A DNA stretch of 64,000 nt from NCBI GenBank assembly GCA_963843005.1, contig CAWJIW010000025.1:6157-70156 (forward strand), in the 5' to 3' direction. This document shows positions 19,112-29,117 of the stretch, piece by piece. Each line of letters starts with the position of its first letter. Position 1 is the first letter of the stretch. Under the pieces are notes generated by a model. The model was not told the origin of the DNA. It was given only the letters and a program-made list of their open reading frames with translations, and made no database searches. This DNA comes from an uncultured Acidobacteriaceae bacterium. Its GTDB lineage: Bacteria > Acidobacteriota > Terriglobia > Terriglobales > Acidobacteriaceae. The position numbers and the translations under genes are program-made.

Positions 19112-20854
19112 CTACCGGTTTGCCTTCAGCATCTGCTCGGCGTGTTTCAGCGAGGTTCGGTGAGCTTGGCGCCGCTCATCATGCGCGCGATCTCGTGGGT
19201 GCGCTCTTCGGGATCGAGCGCCCGCACCGAGGTTTTCGTCCTGCCTCCGGCTTCCCGCTTCTCGATGAGCGTAATGCTGGTCGGCAAATGACGCGATCTG
19301 CGGCAGGTGGGTCACGCACAGCACCTGCTTGGTGCGCGAGAGCTGCTTCAGCTTCTTGCCGACGGCTTCGGCCGCGCGTCCGCCGATGCCGCTGTCGATC
19401 TCGTCGAAGACCAGCGTCCTCTGCTGACCCACCCTCTCGCCAGAACGGCGAGGGGTGGGGCACCCTCGCTAGAGTCCGCCGTTGCGCCTCGCGACTGCCC
19501 TGCCTGTCCCGCTTCGATAGTGGTCTTCAGCGCCAGCATCACCCGCGAGAGTTCGCCGCCGGAGGCGATCTCCTCCACCGGGCCCAGCGGCTCGCCGGGA
19601 TTGGCCGAGATCAGGTACTGCACCTGGTCGAAGCCGCGGGCCGTCCAGTTCCCTTCCTCGTCCGAGCCGCTGACCTCGACCTTGAAGCGCGCCTTCATCG
19701 CCAGCTCGTTGATCTCGCTTTCGACCTGCTTCTCCAGCTTGCGGGCCGCTTCGTAGCGCTGCCGCGAGAGCGCGCGCGCGGCGTCCAGATACGGTCGGCC
19801 GCGGCTTCGCCAGCTCGGTGCGCAGCTCGCGCAGGACTTCGTCCTTGTTCTCCATCTCGTTCAGCTTGCGTTCGAGTTCGTCGCCCAGCGCGATCACGTC
19901 TTCCAGCGTCGGGCCGTACTTGCGCTTCAGCCGGTCGAGCGCGGCCAGCCGGTCTTCCACCTCCGCCAGCCGCTCGGGCGAAGCCTCGATGCCTGCCGCA
20001 TAGTCGCGCAGGGTCTGCCCGATGTCCTCGACCGTGATGCGCGCCGAGTCCAGCTCGGCCAGCGGTTCGCGAAACTGCTCGTCGAAGCGCGACAGTTCTT
20101 CGATCTGCTTCGACGCCGCGCGGATGGAGGCTGCCGCCGACGCGTTGCTCTCGTACAGCGCGTCGTAGGCCGCCATGGCCGCGCCGTAAACCCGCTCGGC
20201 GTTGGCCAGCACGCGCTTTTCGGCTTCCAGCTTCGCGTCTTCCTCCGGCTGCAGGCGCGCGTCGGCGATCTCCTTGCGCTGGAAGCTCCACAGATCGAGC
20301 AGGCGCAGGCGGTCGTGTTCGTCGCGCTCCAGATCGGCGATGCGATGCCGCACCTGGTTCCACTGCGTCGAATGCCTTCGCCGTCGCGGCAGTGTCGACT
20401 CCGGCAAAGCATCCAGCAGCGCCAGGCGCGACGCCGGCATCGAAGGCCAGCACCGCCTCGTTCTGCGCATGGATCACCGCCAGGTGCGGCGGCCAGTTGC
20501 TTCAGCACCAGTCACCGTGGCGGGCTGGTTGTTGACGAACACGCGGCCCTTGCCGCCGGCGGCGATTTCGCGGCGCAGGATGAGCTGCTCGTCTTCGGCG
20601 TCAATGCCGTTGGCTTCCAGCACCGCGCGGATGGCCGTCGAATCGGCGTCGAAGACCGCGGCGACGATGGCTTTGTCGGTGCCGTGGCGGACGGCGTCGC
20701 TGGAGGCCTTGTCGCCCAGCAGCAGCGCGAGCGCGTCAATGAGAATGGATTTGCCGGCGCCGGTTTCGCCGGTCAGCAGGTTGAGACCGGGCGCGAACTC
20801 GACCGCGACGTTGTCGATGACCGCGTAGTTTTCGACCCGCAGTTCCAGCAGCAC
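19112..20854 (-). pseudogene. recN: DNA repair protein RecN, reading frame broken many times (real decay or sequence error unresolved)
   Basis: N-terminus MLLELRVENYAVIDNVAVEFAPGLNLLTGETGAGKSILIDAL (Walker A). Coiled-coil middle part. SGGELSRVMLALK signature, TLVFDEIDSGIGG (Walker B), VLCVTHLPQIA. The pieces are spread over track ORFs 20474-20854, 19927-20508, 19695-20477, 19469-20470, 19348-19698, 19112-19432 and a further frame near 19180-19290. Confidence 0.85.
19428..19470. repeat. Family B palindromic element lying inside the recN coding region
   Basis: cccaccctctcgccagaacggcgaggggtggggcaccctcgc. It lies between the ABC signature and Walker B. The frame changes within it. Confidence 0.6.
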
Positions 20855-20898
20855 GTGAGTTCCTGCTCGCGAAGTTATGCGCAGTGTAGCAGAAGACG

Positions 20899-20946
20899 CC
20901 AGTTGTCAGTTGCCAGTTGCCAGAATGGTCAGTTGCCAGTTACCAG
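20899..20946. repeat. Heptamer array (CAGTTGY)n, inverted relative to 19081-19110
   Basis: ccagttgtcagttgccagttgccagaatggtcagttgccagttaccag, immediately 5' of recN. Confidence 0.7.
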
Positions 20947-21093
20947 CGTTCGGTGCAACCGCACGTACGTTAACTCTCGAAGGCAACACCGCAGTTAGCG
21001 AATCCATGCGGCTGCTCACGTCAAATGCTTATAATGCGGGCTAACTGAATAGAAGCCTGATCAGTCAATCCAAATGACTGTACATTTGTTCCG

Positions 21094-21787
21094 TTGCTCG
21101 CCTCGGCCATCGGCGGTGAAATCTCAGGTCTGATCGAAACCAGCGGTCTCGTCGCCAAAACCGTTCTCCTCATCCTGCTGTTCTTCAGCCTGCTTCCTGG
21201 GCCATCATCTTCTCCAAGTGGGGACTGTTCCGGCGCGCGCGGGTGCAGAGCAATCGCTTCATGCGCGCGTTTCGCAAGTCGGAGCGCCTGCAGGACGTGG
21301 CCGCCGTGGCCGAGCAGTTCAAGCCCAGCCCGTTGGTCGCGGTCTTCGAAGGCGCGTACGACGAATTGCGCAAGCAGGCGGCGTATCCCATCCGCATGAC
21401 CGCCTTGCAGCGCGCCACGCAGATCGCCGCCTCGGAAGAAATGACGCGCCTGGAGAGCCGCCTGCCCTGGCTGGCCACGACCGGCGCGGTCACGCCGTTC
21501 ATCGGACTGTTCGGCACGGTCTGGGGCATCATCGACGCCTTCCACGGCCTGGGCACGGCCGGCGCGGCGACGTTGCGCGCGGTTGCGCCGGGCATCTCGG
21601 AAGCGCTGATCACCACCGCCGCCGGACTGTTCGCCGCCATTCCCGCGGTGATCGCCTACAACATGTTCACCCAGCACATCCGCGAGTTCGGCGCCCGCAT
21701 GGACGACTTCAGCCTGGAGTTGATCAACGAGGTCGAGCGCGCCCAGAGCGGCAGCGCGCGCGCCGTCGAGACCGTGGAGCGGCGGTA

Positions 21788-21788
<1 letters not shown>
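21094..21788 (+). CDS. tolQ: Tol-Pal system protein TolQ (MotA/TolQ/ExbB family), at least one apparent frameshift near 21195
   Basis: Track ORF 21094-21399 gives ISGLIETSGLVAKTVLLILLFFSL. ORF 21243-21788 gives the rest (LATTGAVTPFIGLFGTVWGII, APGISEALITTAAGL). Restoring one T in ctgcttcctgggcc gives LLSWAIIFSKWG. Confidence 0.85.
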
Positions 21789-22212
<424 letters not shown>

Positions 22213-22216
<4 letters not shown>

Positions 22217-23008
22217 CATCTTCCGCATCGGAGGGCAATGTCCGCGCTCCCCTGCTCGGCTCCGTGGCGCTGCATGCGGCGCTGTTCGCGCTGGCGCTGT
22301 TCGGTTACCTGATTCCCAGCGGCCGCGGCGAGAGTTGGGGCGGCACCGGCGGAGGCGGCGGCGCGATGAGCGCGACCCTGGTCAGCAGCATTCCCTTGCC
22401 GGCTCCGCAGACGCAGACGCAGAACGTGCTGGCCAACGAATCGAAGGGACTGGCGCAATCGCCGCCCAAAGAAACTCCGAAGGAAGAGCCGAAGGCAATT
22501 CCCGATTCCCGAGCGCGAGACCAAGCACAAGGGAGCAGCGCGAGTCGGCGCAGAAGAAACCGCCGCCGAAGGAGGTCGCCAAGGTCGAGGAGAACCAGAT
22601 TCCCTTCGGCCAGGGCGGCCCGGTCAGCGGGCCGTATGGTTCCTTCACCGCGGGCGGCACCAAGGGCGGCTTGAGCTTCACCGGCGGCACGGGCGATTTC
22701 GGCAGCCGCTTCGGCTGGTACGTGGACGCGGTGCGCCGCAAAGTTTCGGAGAACTGGCTGAAGTATGAGATCGATCCGCAACATCGATACCGCGCGCCGG
22801 GTTTACATCTACTTCGAAATCACGCGCTCCGGCCAGCCGGACGAATATTCGAGTGGAACAGTCCAGCGGAATTCCGTCGCTCGATCAGTCGGCGATGCGG
22901 GCGCTGCAGCGGATCGATACCTTCGGTCCGCTGCCGCCGGAGTACGCCGGACGATACGTCGCAGTGGAGTTCTGGTTCGATTACCAGCAGGTAGCATTTG
23001 CATCTTAA
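22213..23008 (+). pseudogene. tolA: TolA-like protein with TonB_C-type C-terminal domain; three apparent frameshifts
   Basis: N-terminal TM segment LLGSVALHAALFALALFGYL. Pro/Lys/Glu-rich linker. C-terminus FGWYVDAVRRKVSENW...RVYIYFEITRSGQP...SSGIPSLDQSAMRALQRIDTFGPLP...VAVEFWF. Frame changes near 22505, 22775 and 22845. Confidence 0.7.
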
Positions 23009-23024
23009 TGTGATTGGCTCACGC

Positions 23025-24355
23025 ATGAAACGATACCCGCACTCTTTCTCGGTTGTTGCTCCTCGCCGCCTGCACTCGCTTCTGCCCAGGACTGGATTCG
23101 CACCGGCACCGGCCTCGGCGTCGAGAAGATTCGCCTGGCCGTGCCCGACTTCAAGCTGGTGACCAGCGATCCCCAGACGCAGAGCCTGGCCACCAGCTTC
23201 AACACCACCCTGTGGAACGACCTGCAGTGCCGGAATCTTCGACATGGTTTCGAAAAGCTTCTATCCCGCTGTCGGTCCCGGGCGCTCCGCAGGAAGTGCA
23301 TCTTGGCGATTGGGGCAACCCGCCGCCGAACGCGAACATGCTGGCCTTCGGCAACCTCGGAGTCCAGGGCGGCTCGCTCAGCGTGCAGGGCTGGCTCTAC
23401 GACACCAAGAATCCGCAGTCGCCGCAGGTGCTGGGCAAGCAGTATCGCGAGACAGGCCACCGACGAAAACGCGCGCCTGATCGCGCATCGTTTCGCCGAC
23501 GAGATCATTTTCCGTCTGGGTGGCGGCATGCACGGCATCGCCGAGACCAAGATCTACTTCGTCAGCAGCCGCAGCGGCTCGAAAGAAATCTGGCAGATGG
23601 ATTACGACGGCGCCAACCAGAAGCAACTCACGCACACTCGGCTCGATCCACTATCGCCGCACGTTTCGCCTGACGGCTCGCGCGTGGCCTTCTCCGGCGT
23701 GACCAAAGAAGGCTGGCAGATCCAGATGTACTCGCTGGAACTCGGCCGGCTGGTCAGCTTTCCCGCACTTCGGCGGCGACAACTATTCGCCAGCCTGGTC
23801 GTCGGACGGCAAGACGCTCGCTTTCTCCTCTTCCCGCAGCGGCAACACCGAGATCTACACCGTGGACGCCACCGGCGGCAGCTCCCGGCGCTTGACCGAA
23901 AGCAAAGGCCCCGACATTTCGCCCTGCTGGAATCCGAAGACCAACGCGCAGATCGCGTGGGTCAGCGGACGCACCGGCCTGCCGCAGATCTACACCATGG
24001 CATCGGACGGAACCAACGTCGGTGCGCGTGACCGATCAGGGTTATGCGGTATCGCCGTCATGGTCGCCCAACGGGCAGTTCCTGGCCTTTGCCTGGGTGC
24101 GTCACTATGGGCCGGGCGAGCCCGGGGCCAGCGACATTTACGTGATGGACATTGCCAGCAAGCAGTGGGCGCAACTAACCCACGACGGCGGACGCAACGA
24201 CTTCCCTTCGTGGTCACCGGACGGGCGGCACATCGTGTTTCAGTCTAGCCGCGGCGGACACGTGCAGATTTGCAGCATGCTCGCCGACGGAAGCGAGCTG
24301 CGGCCAGTTGACCGCCGGCGGCGAAAATACGCAGCCCAATTGGAGTTTCAAGTAA
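23025..24355 (+). pseudogene. tolB: Tol-Pal beta-propeller protein TolB; at least seven apparent frameshifts
   Basis: Recognisable pieces in all three frames: LAVPDFKLV, IAHRFADEIIFRLGG, ETKIYFVSSRSGSKEIWQMDYDGANQKQLT, SPHVSPDGSRVAF, WSSDGKTLAFSSSRSGNTEIY, WNPKTNAQIAWVSGRTGLPQIY, SWSPNGQFLAF, SWSPDGRHIVFQS, ENTQPNWSFK*. Confidence 0.85.
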
Positions 24356-24441
24356 TCTTACAGGGCGCCGGAAGGAGCACACTTCGGCCCTCTTGTGAAC
24401 CTGATGCGGGTGCTCTCGCAATGTGAATGGAGGAAGAGTTG

Positions 24442-25176
24442 ATGCCTACAACAAGTCAATGGCGGAAGGTCATCCTCGCGCTCGCCGTAGTTCTGGCCGT
24501 GAGTGCGTGCAGCAAGAAGACGGCTCCGCCGCCCACGCCGGTACCGCCGCCGCCACTGCTGGCGCCGACCGCCTCGTTGACGGCCAGTCCCAACACCATC
24601 AGCGCGGGTCAGGCCACCACCCTGACGTGGAGGACCGACTACGCCACTGAGGTCACCATCGATCAACTGGGCAAGGTCGATCCCAGCGGTTCGCGCTCCG
24701 TGACCCCGACGCAATCAACCACCTATCACCTGGTGGCGAAAAACGAGGCGGGCACGCAGGAAGCGACCGCGCGCGTCACCGTGGTGCCAGCTCCGACGCC
24801 TCCACCACCTGTCTCCAACGAGAGTGATGTGCGGATGTTCGAGCAGAACGTCAAGGACGTGTTCTTCGCCTACGACAGCTACGACATCGAGCCCCAATAT
24901 AAGAACGTGTTGCAGGCGGACGCGCGCTTTCTGCAGCAGCACCCCAACATCAACTTCCTCATCGAGGGCCACTGTGACGAGCGCGGTTCAACCGAGTACA
25001 ACCTGGCGCTGGGTGACAACCGGGCCAACGCCACCAAGCAAGCACTGGTGCAGCTGGGCGTGAACGCCAATCGCATCCACACCATCAGCTTCGGCAAGGA
25101 AAAACCGTTCTGCACCACAAGCGACGAGGCGTGCTGGCAGCAGAACCGTCGCGCCCACTTTGTTTATCAGAAGTAG
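24442..25176 (+). CDS. pal: Peptidoglycan-associated lipoprotein Pal (OmpA_C domain) with an extra N-terminal beta-rich module
   Basis: Lipobox LAVSAC. OmpA-like FAYDSYDI...IEGHCDERGSTEYNLALGDNRA...FGKEKP. GGAGGAAGAG RBS before ATG 24442. Confidence 0.9.
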   Translation: MPTTSQWRKVILALAVVLAVSACSKKTAPPPTPVPPPPLLAPTASLTASPNTISAGQATTLTWRTDYATEVTIDQLGKVDPSGSRSVTPTQSTTYHLVAKNEAGTQEATARVTVVPAPTPPPPVSNESDVRMFEQNVKDVFFAYDSYDIEPQYKNVLQADARFLQQHPNINFLIEGHCDERGSTEYNLALGDNRANATKQALVQLGVNANRIHTISFGKEKPFCTTSDEACWQQNRRAHFVYQK

Positions 25177-25245
25177 TTCTGCTTGGAGGGGGCGCGGATT
25201 CCTCGGGGCAGAAGCCCCTCGGAATGCCAAAATTAGGGGCTTGCG

Positions 25246-25279
25246 ACGGCACGGCTTAAAGCCGTGCCCTTTCAAAGCA
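25246..25279. repeat. Family A hairpin (GGCACGGC-loop-GCCGTGCC)
   Basis: gacggcacggcttaaagccgtgccctttcaaagc. Confidence 0.7.
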
Positions 25280-25328
25280 TAGGTGTACTCCCTTCATCAA
25301 GAGCATCTTCGGAATAGGACACAGGATT

Positions 25329-26198
25329 ATGCGATTTCGAAACACGGTAGCTTGCCTGGCAATCGGGCTAACTCTGACGGCAAGCTCTGCATTCGCCGCC
25401 AGCAAAGAAATGATTCAGCTGCAAACCCAGGTCCAGACCCTGCAGGACCAGGTTTCCCGCCTGCAACAGTCCGTGGACATGCATATGGGCGCCATGCGCA
25501 ACCTCATCGAGCAAAGCGCCGACAGCGTCAATAAAATGAACGCCACGGTCAACGAACTGCAAAACAAGATGCAGGGTCAGATGACCGACAGCAATGGCCG
25601 TCTCGACCAGATCTCCGCCCAGGTCCAGTCGCTGCACGACACCGTGGACGAACTGAAGTCGCGCCTCGCCAAAGTCAGCAAGCAGCTCGACGATATGCAG
25701 GGAGGTGGAACCAACCTGGCGGCCGGGCAACCGGGCAACGCGAGTGCACCCGCTGCCGGCGCGGCCCCGGCCAGCGGCGCTCCGCCCCCGGACGCGCTCT
25801 ACAACAACGCGCTGCGCGACTACAACTCCGGCAAGTACGACCTGGCGTCGCAGGAATTTGGCGACTACATGAAGTACTACTCAACCACCGATCTCGCCGG
25901 CAATGCCCAGTTTTATCTTGCCGACATCGAATACCGCCAGGGCAACTTCGAGGCGGCGGTGAAGGACTATGACAAGGTCCTCGAGCAGTATCCCAGCGGA
26001 AACAAGGCCGCGGCAGCGCAGTTGAAAAAGGGTTATGCCCTGCTCGAATTGGGGCAGCGCGACGCCGGCGTTCGTGAATTGAACAGCCTTATCGCGCGCT
26101 ACCCACGCTCCATCGAAGCGTCGCAGGCGCGCGACCGGCTGCGTCGCCTGGGCGTGACCAGCCCCAGCACCGCGCGCAAACCGCCACCCAGCCAGTAA
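25329..26198 (+). CDS. ybgF: Tol-Pal system protein YbgF/CpoB (coiled coil plus TPR)
   Basis: Signal peptide, Q-rich coiled coil, C-terminal TPR (YNNALRDYNSGKYDLASQEF...YPRSIEASQA). Lies after pal. Confidence 0.85.
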   Translation: MRFRNTVACLAIGLTLTASSAFAASKEMIQLQTQVQTLQDQVSRLQQSVDMHMGAMRNLIEQSADSVNKMNATVNELQNKMQGQMTDSNGRLDQISAQVQSLHDTVDELKSRLAKVSKQLDDMQGGGTNLAAGQPGNASAPAAGAAPASGAPPPDALYNNALRDYNSGKYDLASQEFGDYMKYYSTTDLAGNAQFYLADIEYRQGNFEAAVKDYDKVLEQYPSGNKAAAAQLKKGYALLELGQRDAGVRELNSLIARYPRSIEASQARDRLRRLGVTSPSTARKPPPSQ

Positions 26199-26243
26199 GG
26201 GATATGCATAGGCTCGCGCCATATAGTAACGGTGTGTAGCGTT

Positions 26244-26382
26244 TGTCATCACGAGCGCAGCCGGGGTCCCCAGCGAGGGCCGGTTTTGCCCTTGCTGGGG
26301 TGGAGGAGCGAGGGATCTGCTTTTTGACTTTTCCACCGAAAAACAGATTCCTCGCGCCAAACCCAGGGCGCTCGTAATGACA
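26244..26382. repeat. Family C full-length palindromic (MITE-like) element
   Basis: Termini tgtcatcacgagcgc / gcgctcgtaatgaca are inverted. Nested inner inverted repeat gagggatctgcttttt / aaaaacagattcctc. Confidence 0.7.
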
Positions 26383-26444
26383 ACTCCCAAGCAACGATCG
26401 GCTCATTTCGTTGTCCGGCGTGTCACTATAATTCGCAATTCTCT

Positions 26445-27494
26445 TTAGAAGCCTACAAACACCGGCTCGGGTTGCAATTCGATGCCGAACTCATCCCGCA
26501 CGCGGGCCTGAATCTCGTCCTTGAGAGCTACGATGTCCACCGCGGTCGCGCCGCCGCGATTGATGATGGCCAGCGCATGCTTGCGCGAGATGCCCGCCGC
26601 TCCCCGGCAGTAACCCTTGGCAAACCCCGCATGCTCCACCAGCCAAGCTGCCGGCAATTTTCGCAGCCCGTCGCCGGCGGGATAGCTGGGCAGCTGCAGT
26701 CCTTGCAATCCCAGGCGCGCCGACAGTTCCTCGAAAAACGCTTGCGGCATGATCGGGTTCTTGAAGAATGATCCGGCGCTGCGGGCATCGTCATCGCCAG
26801 GCACGATCAGCATGGCCTTGCGATGACGGATTTCGCGCACCGCCGCCCGGACTTCTGTCAGAGTCGGCTCGCCTGCATGCTCGGCAAAGTGATTCTGCAG
26901 GTCGGCATAGCGAATGCACGCAGCGTCAGCCTCGCGCAGCGCAAACGCAAGCTGCAGAATGATGTAACGCCCGCGCTCCGTGGTGTTGAAGATGCTGGAG
27001 CGGTAGGCAAACCCGCACTCCTGGTTCGACAGTACTCTCATCTCCAGCGATTGCGTATCGAGGACGCGCACCTCGTGAATGGTCTCCGAGGCTTCCTGCC
27101 CGTAAGCGCCGATGTTTTGCACGGGCGCTCCGCCAACCGTGCCGGGAATTCCGCTGAGGCACTCCAACCCAGCGCAGTTCGCCTCCACCGTTTGCGCCAC
27201 CAGGGTGTCCCAATCCACGCCCGCATCGGCACGGAAGGTCACGCTTCCATGCGGCGCAGTGAAGTGCCACACTCCGGAGATGCCGATCTTGAGCATCAGT
27301 CCGGGGAAGCCCGCATCAGCGACTAGTAGATTGCTGCCGCCGCCCAGAACGAACAGCGGCAATTGACGGGAACGCGCGAACTCGACGCCTTCGACCACCT
27401 CGTCTTCGCTTTGCGCTTCGACGAAGTAGCGCGCCGGGCCGCCTACGCCCAGCGTCGTGAGCGGAGCCAAGGGAACATGTTCGCGAATCAGCAT
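26445..27494 (-). CDS. murB: UDP-N-acetylenolpyruvoylglucosamine reductase
   Basis: MurB sequence (LAPLTTLGVGGPARYF, VLGGGSNLL, C-terminal domain). Start taken at MLIREH. Confidence 0.9.
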   Translation of the reverse strand: MLIREHVPLAPLTTLGVGGPARYFVEAQSEDEVVEGVEFARSRQLPLFVLGGGSNLLVADAGFPGLMLKIGISGVWHFTAPHGSVTFRADAGVDWDTLVAQTVEANCAGLECLSGIPGTVGGAPVQNIGAYGQEASETIHEVRVLDTQSLEMRVLSNQECGFAYRSSIFNTTERGRYIILQLAFALREADAACIRYADLQNHFAEHAGEPTLTEVRAAVREIRHRKAMLIVPGDDDARSAGSFFKNPIMPQAFFEELSARLGLQGLQLPSYPAGDGLRKLPAAWLVEHAGFAKGYCRGAAGISRKHALAIINRGGATAVDIVALKDEIQARVRDEFGIELQPEPVFVGF

Positions 27495-27516
27495 GCTTTT
27501 CCAGAGTATGGCTGGG

Positions 27517-27640
27517 CCTTGAAAGGGCACGGCTTCAGAGGCTGCTGAAAAACTCGAATCCCGGGTAGAGATGGCCTTCAGGCCATCGTTAAGAGTAATT
27601 CATGAAAACCGGCTTTAGCCGCTGAGGTACCTCGACTCAA
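27517..27640. repeat. Family A composite element
   Basis: ttgaaagggcacggcttcagaggctgctgaaaaactcg...ggccttcaggcc...ggctttagccgctgagg. Confidence 0.6.
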
Positions 27641-27854
27641 ACGCCCCGAAAACACTCGCGTCCTAGCGACATCGCGGCATGTTCTCCAGGTCTAAAGGCC
27701 GTTTTGTAATTAGCTCATGGACGCGGCGCTGAAGCGCCGCACTACCCGAAACCTCCCTGCAAAGGACTTTTCCCGCAACCCGTTCAGCCGAGCCGCAGAT
27801 CAACAATTATGGAACGGGCTTTAGCCCCCGAGGTACTTCGGTCTTGAAAGATCG

Positions 27855-27935
27855 AGATCCCTCAGTCGCTAAAGCCAGACATGGTGAGCAGCCTTACGGC
27901 ACGGCTGAAGCCATGCCCTTTCAAAGCACTCTAAC
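27855..27935. repeat. Family A composite element (reverse orientation)
   Basis: ccctcagtcgctaaagcc...ttacggcacggctgaagccatgccctttcaaagc. Confidence 0.65.
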
Positions 27936-27944
27936 TCTCCAATT

Positions 27945-29117
27945 TCACCTTGCCACCTGGAACGCCTTGATCACGATGTCGTTGGGCTGATTGCCCACCG
28001 GGATAAGCGTCACCAGCGCGCGCTCGGCGCTCAGCTTCGAATTGTCGCGCGTCTTCACCGTGCGCACCACGGCAACGTCCCCGGAATGCGAATTCACCAC
28101 CAGCAAATGCGCTTCGTCGGGCGTCAGAGCCAGCGCGTCAGGATGGCTGCCCACCTGCACTCCACCAATCACGCGGCCCTCGTCGATGGCATACACGCTA
28201 ACCGTGTCCGATCCAAAGTTGCTCACGTATAGCAGGCTGTTGTCGGAGGTGACGACCCCGCGCGCCGGATGACTGCCGATCAGGTAGCTGCCTGCCACCT
28301 CGTTGGTCCCAGCCTCTACGATGGAGAAGTTGTTGCTCTCGAAGTTGCTGACGAACAGTTCGCCGCCGTCAGGTTTGAGCGCAAGCTGGACAGGCAGCCT
28401 GCCGACATCGAGTAGGGTCAGCAGCCGATCGGTCTTCAGATCAACCGACGCAAGCTGGTTCGATCCGGGACACGCCACGAACGCCTTGCTGGAATCGGGG
28501 AGCAGGACCAGGTCCTGCGGCTGCTGGCACACGGCTACCGTGCTGCGCACCGCCAGCTTGTCGGCATCAATGATGGAGACGGAGTTGTCGGCGCGGTTGC
28601 TGACCACCACGAGCTTCCCATCCGGCGAAACCCTGGCCAGACCCGGCGCGCCGCCCACGCGGATGGTCGCGATCACTGCGCGCTTGCCCAGATCAATGAC
28701 CGAAACATTCGCCGAACCGGAGTTGGCCACGTAGGCGCGCTTGCCGTCCGCTGAAACTGAGACGAAGTACGGCGCGCGATGTACCCCGATGACTCCGACC
28801 ACCTCGTTGCGCTCGGCGTCAATGACGCTGACATTGTTTGACTCGGTATTGGCGACGTAGATCTCGTTGCGCGTTGGGCTGGCGGCCACTCCGGTCGGGT
28901 TCGCGCCCACCGCGATCGTTTTCACGTTCCTGAGCTGGAGCAGATCGAGGACGCTGACGGAGTTGCTCTTGCCGTTGCTGACGTAGGCGTATTCGTGGTA
29001 GCCGGGAGCGACGGTATTACGTTGGCGGCAGGCCATCGCCCCCAAAGTAATCGCGGACAGTAGCAGCGTGCTGAGAAGTTGCCGCGCAGAAAATCGCGAC
29101 CGCCTAACCGTTCGCAT
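27945..29117 (-). CDS. YVTN-family beta-propeller repeat protein, secreted
   Basis: Repeated blades [14 protein letters not shown] / [14 protein letters not shown] / [14 protein letters not shown] / [14 protein letters not shown] / [14 protein letters not shown] / [13 protein letters not shown]. Confidence 0.8.
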   Translation of the reverse strand: MRTVRRSRFSARQLLSTLLLSAITLGAMACRQRNTVAPGYHEYAYVSNGKSNSVSVLDLLQLRNVKTIAVGANPTGVAASPTRNEIYVANTESNNVSVIDAERNEVVGVIGVHRAPYFVSVSADGKRAYVANSGSANVSVIDLGKRAVIATIRVGGAPGLARVSPDGKLVVVSNRADNSVSIIDADKLAVRSTVAVCQQPQDLVLLPDSSKAFVACPGSNQLASVDLKTDRLLTLLDVGRLPVQLALKPDGGELFVSNFESNNFSIVEAGTNEVAGSYLIGSHPARGVVTSDNSLLYVSNFGSDTVSVYAIDEGRVIGGVQVGSHPDALALTPDEAHLLVVNSHSGDVAVVRTVKTRDNSKLSAERALVTLIPVGNQPNDIVIKAFQVAR

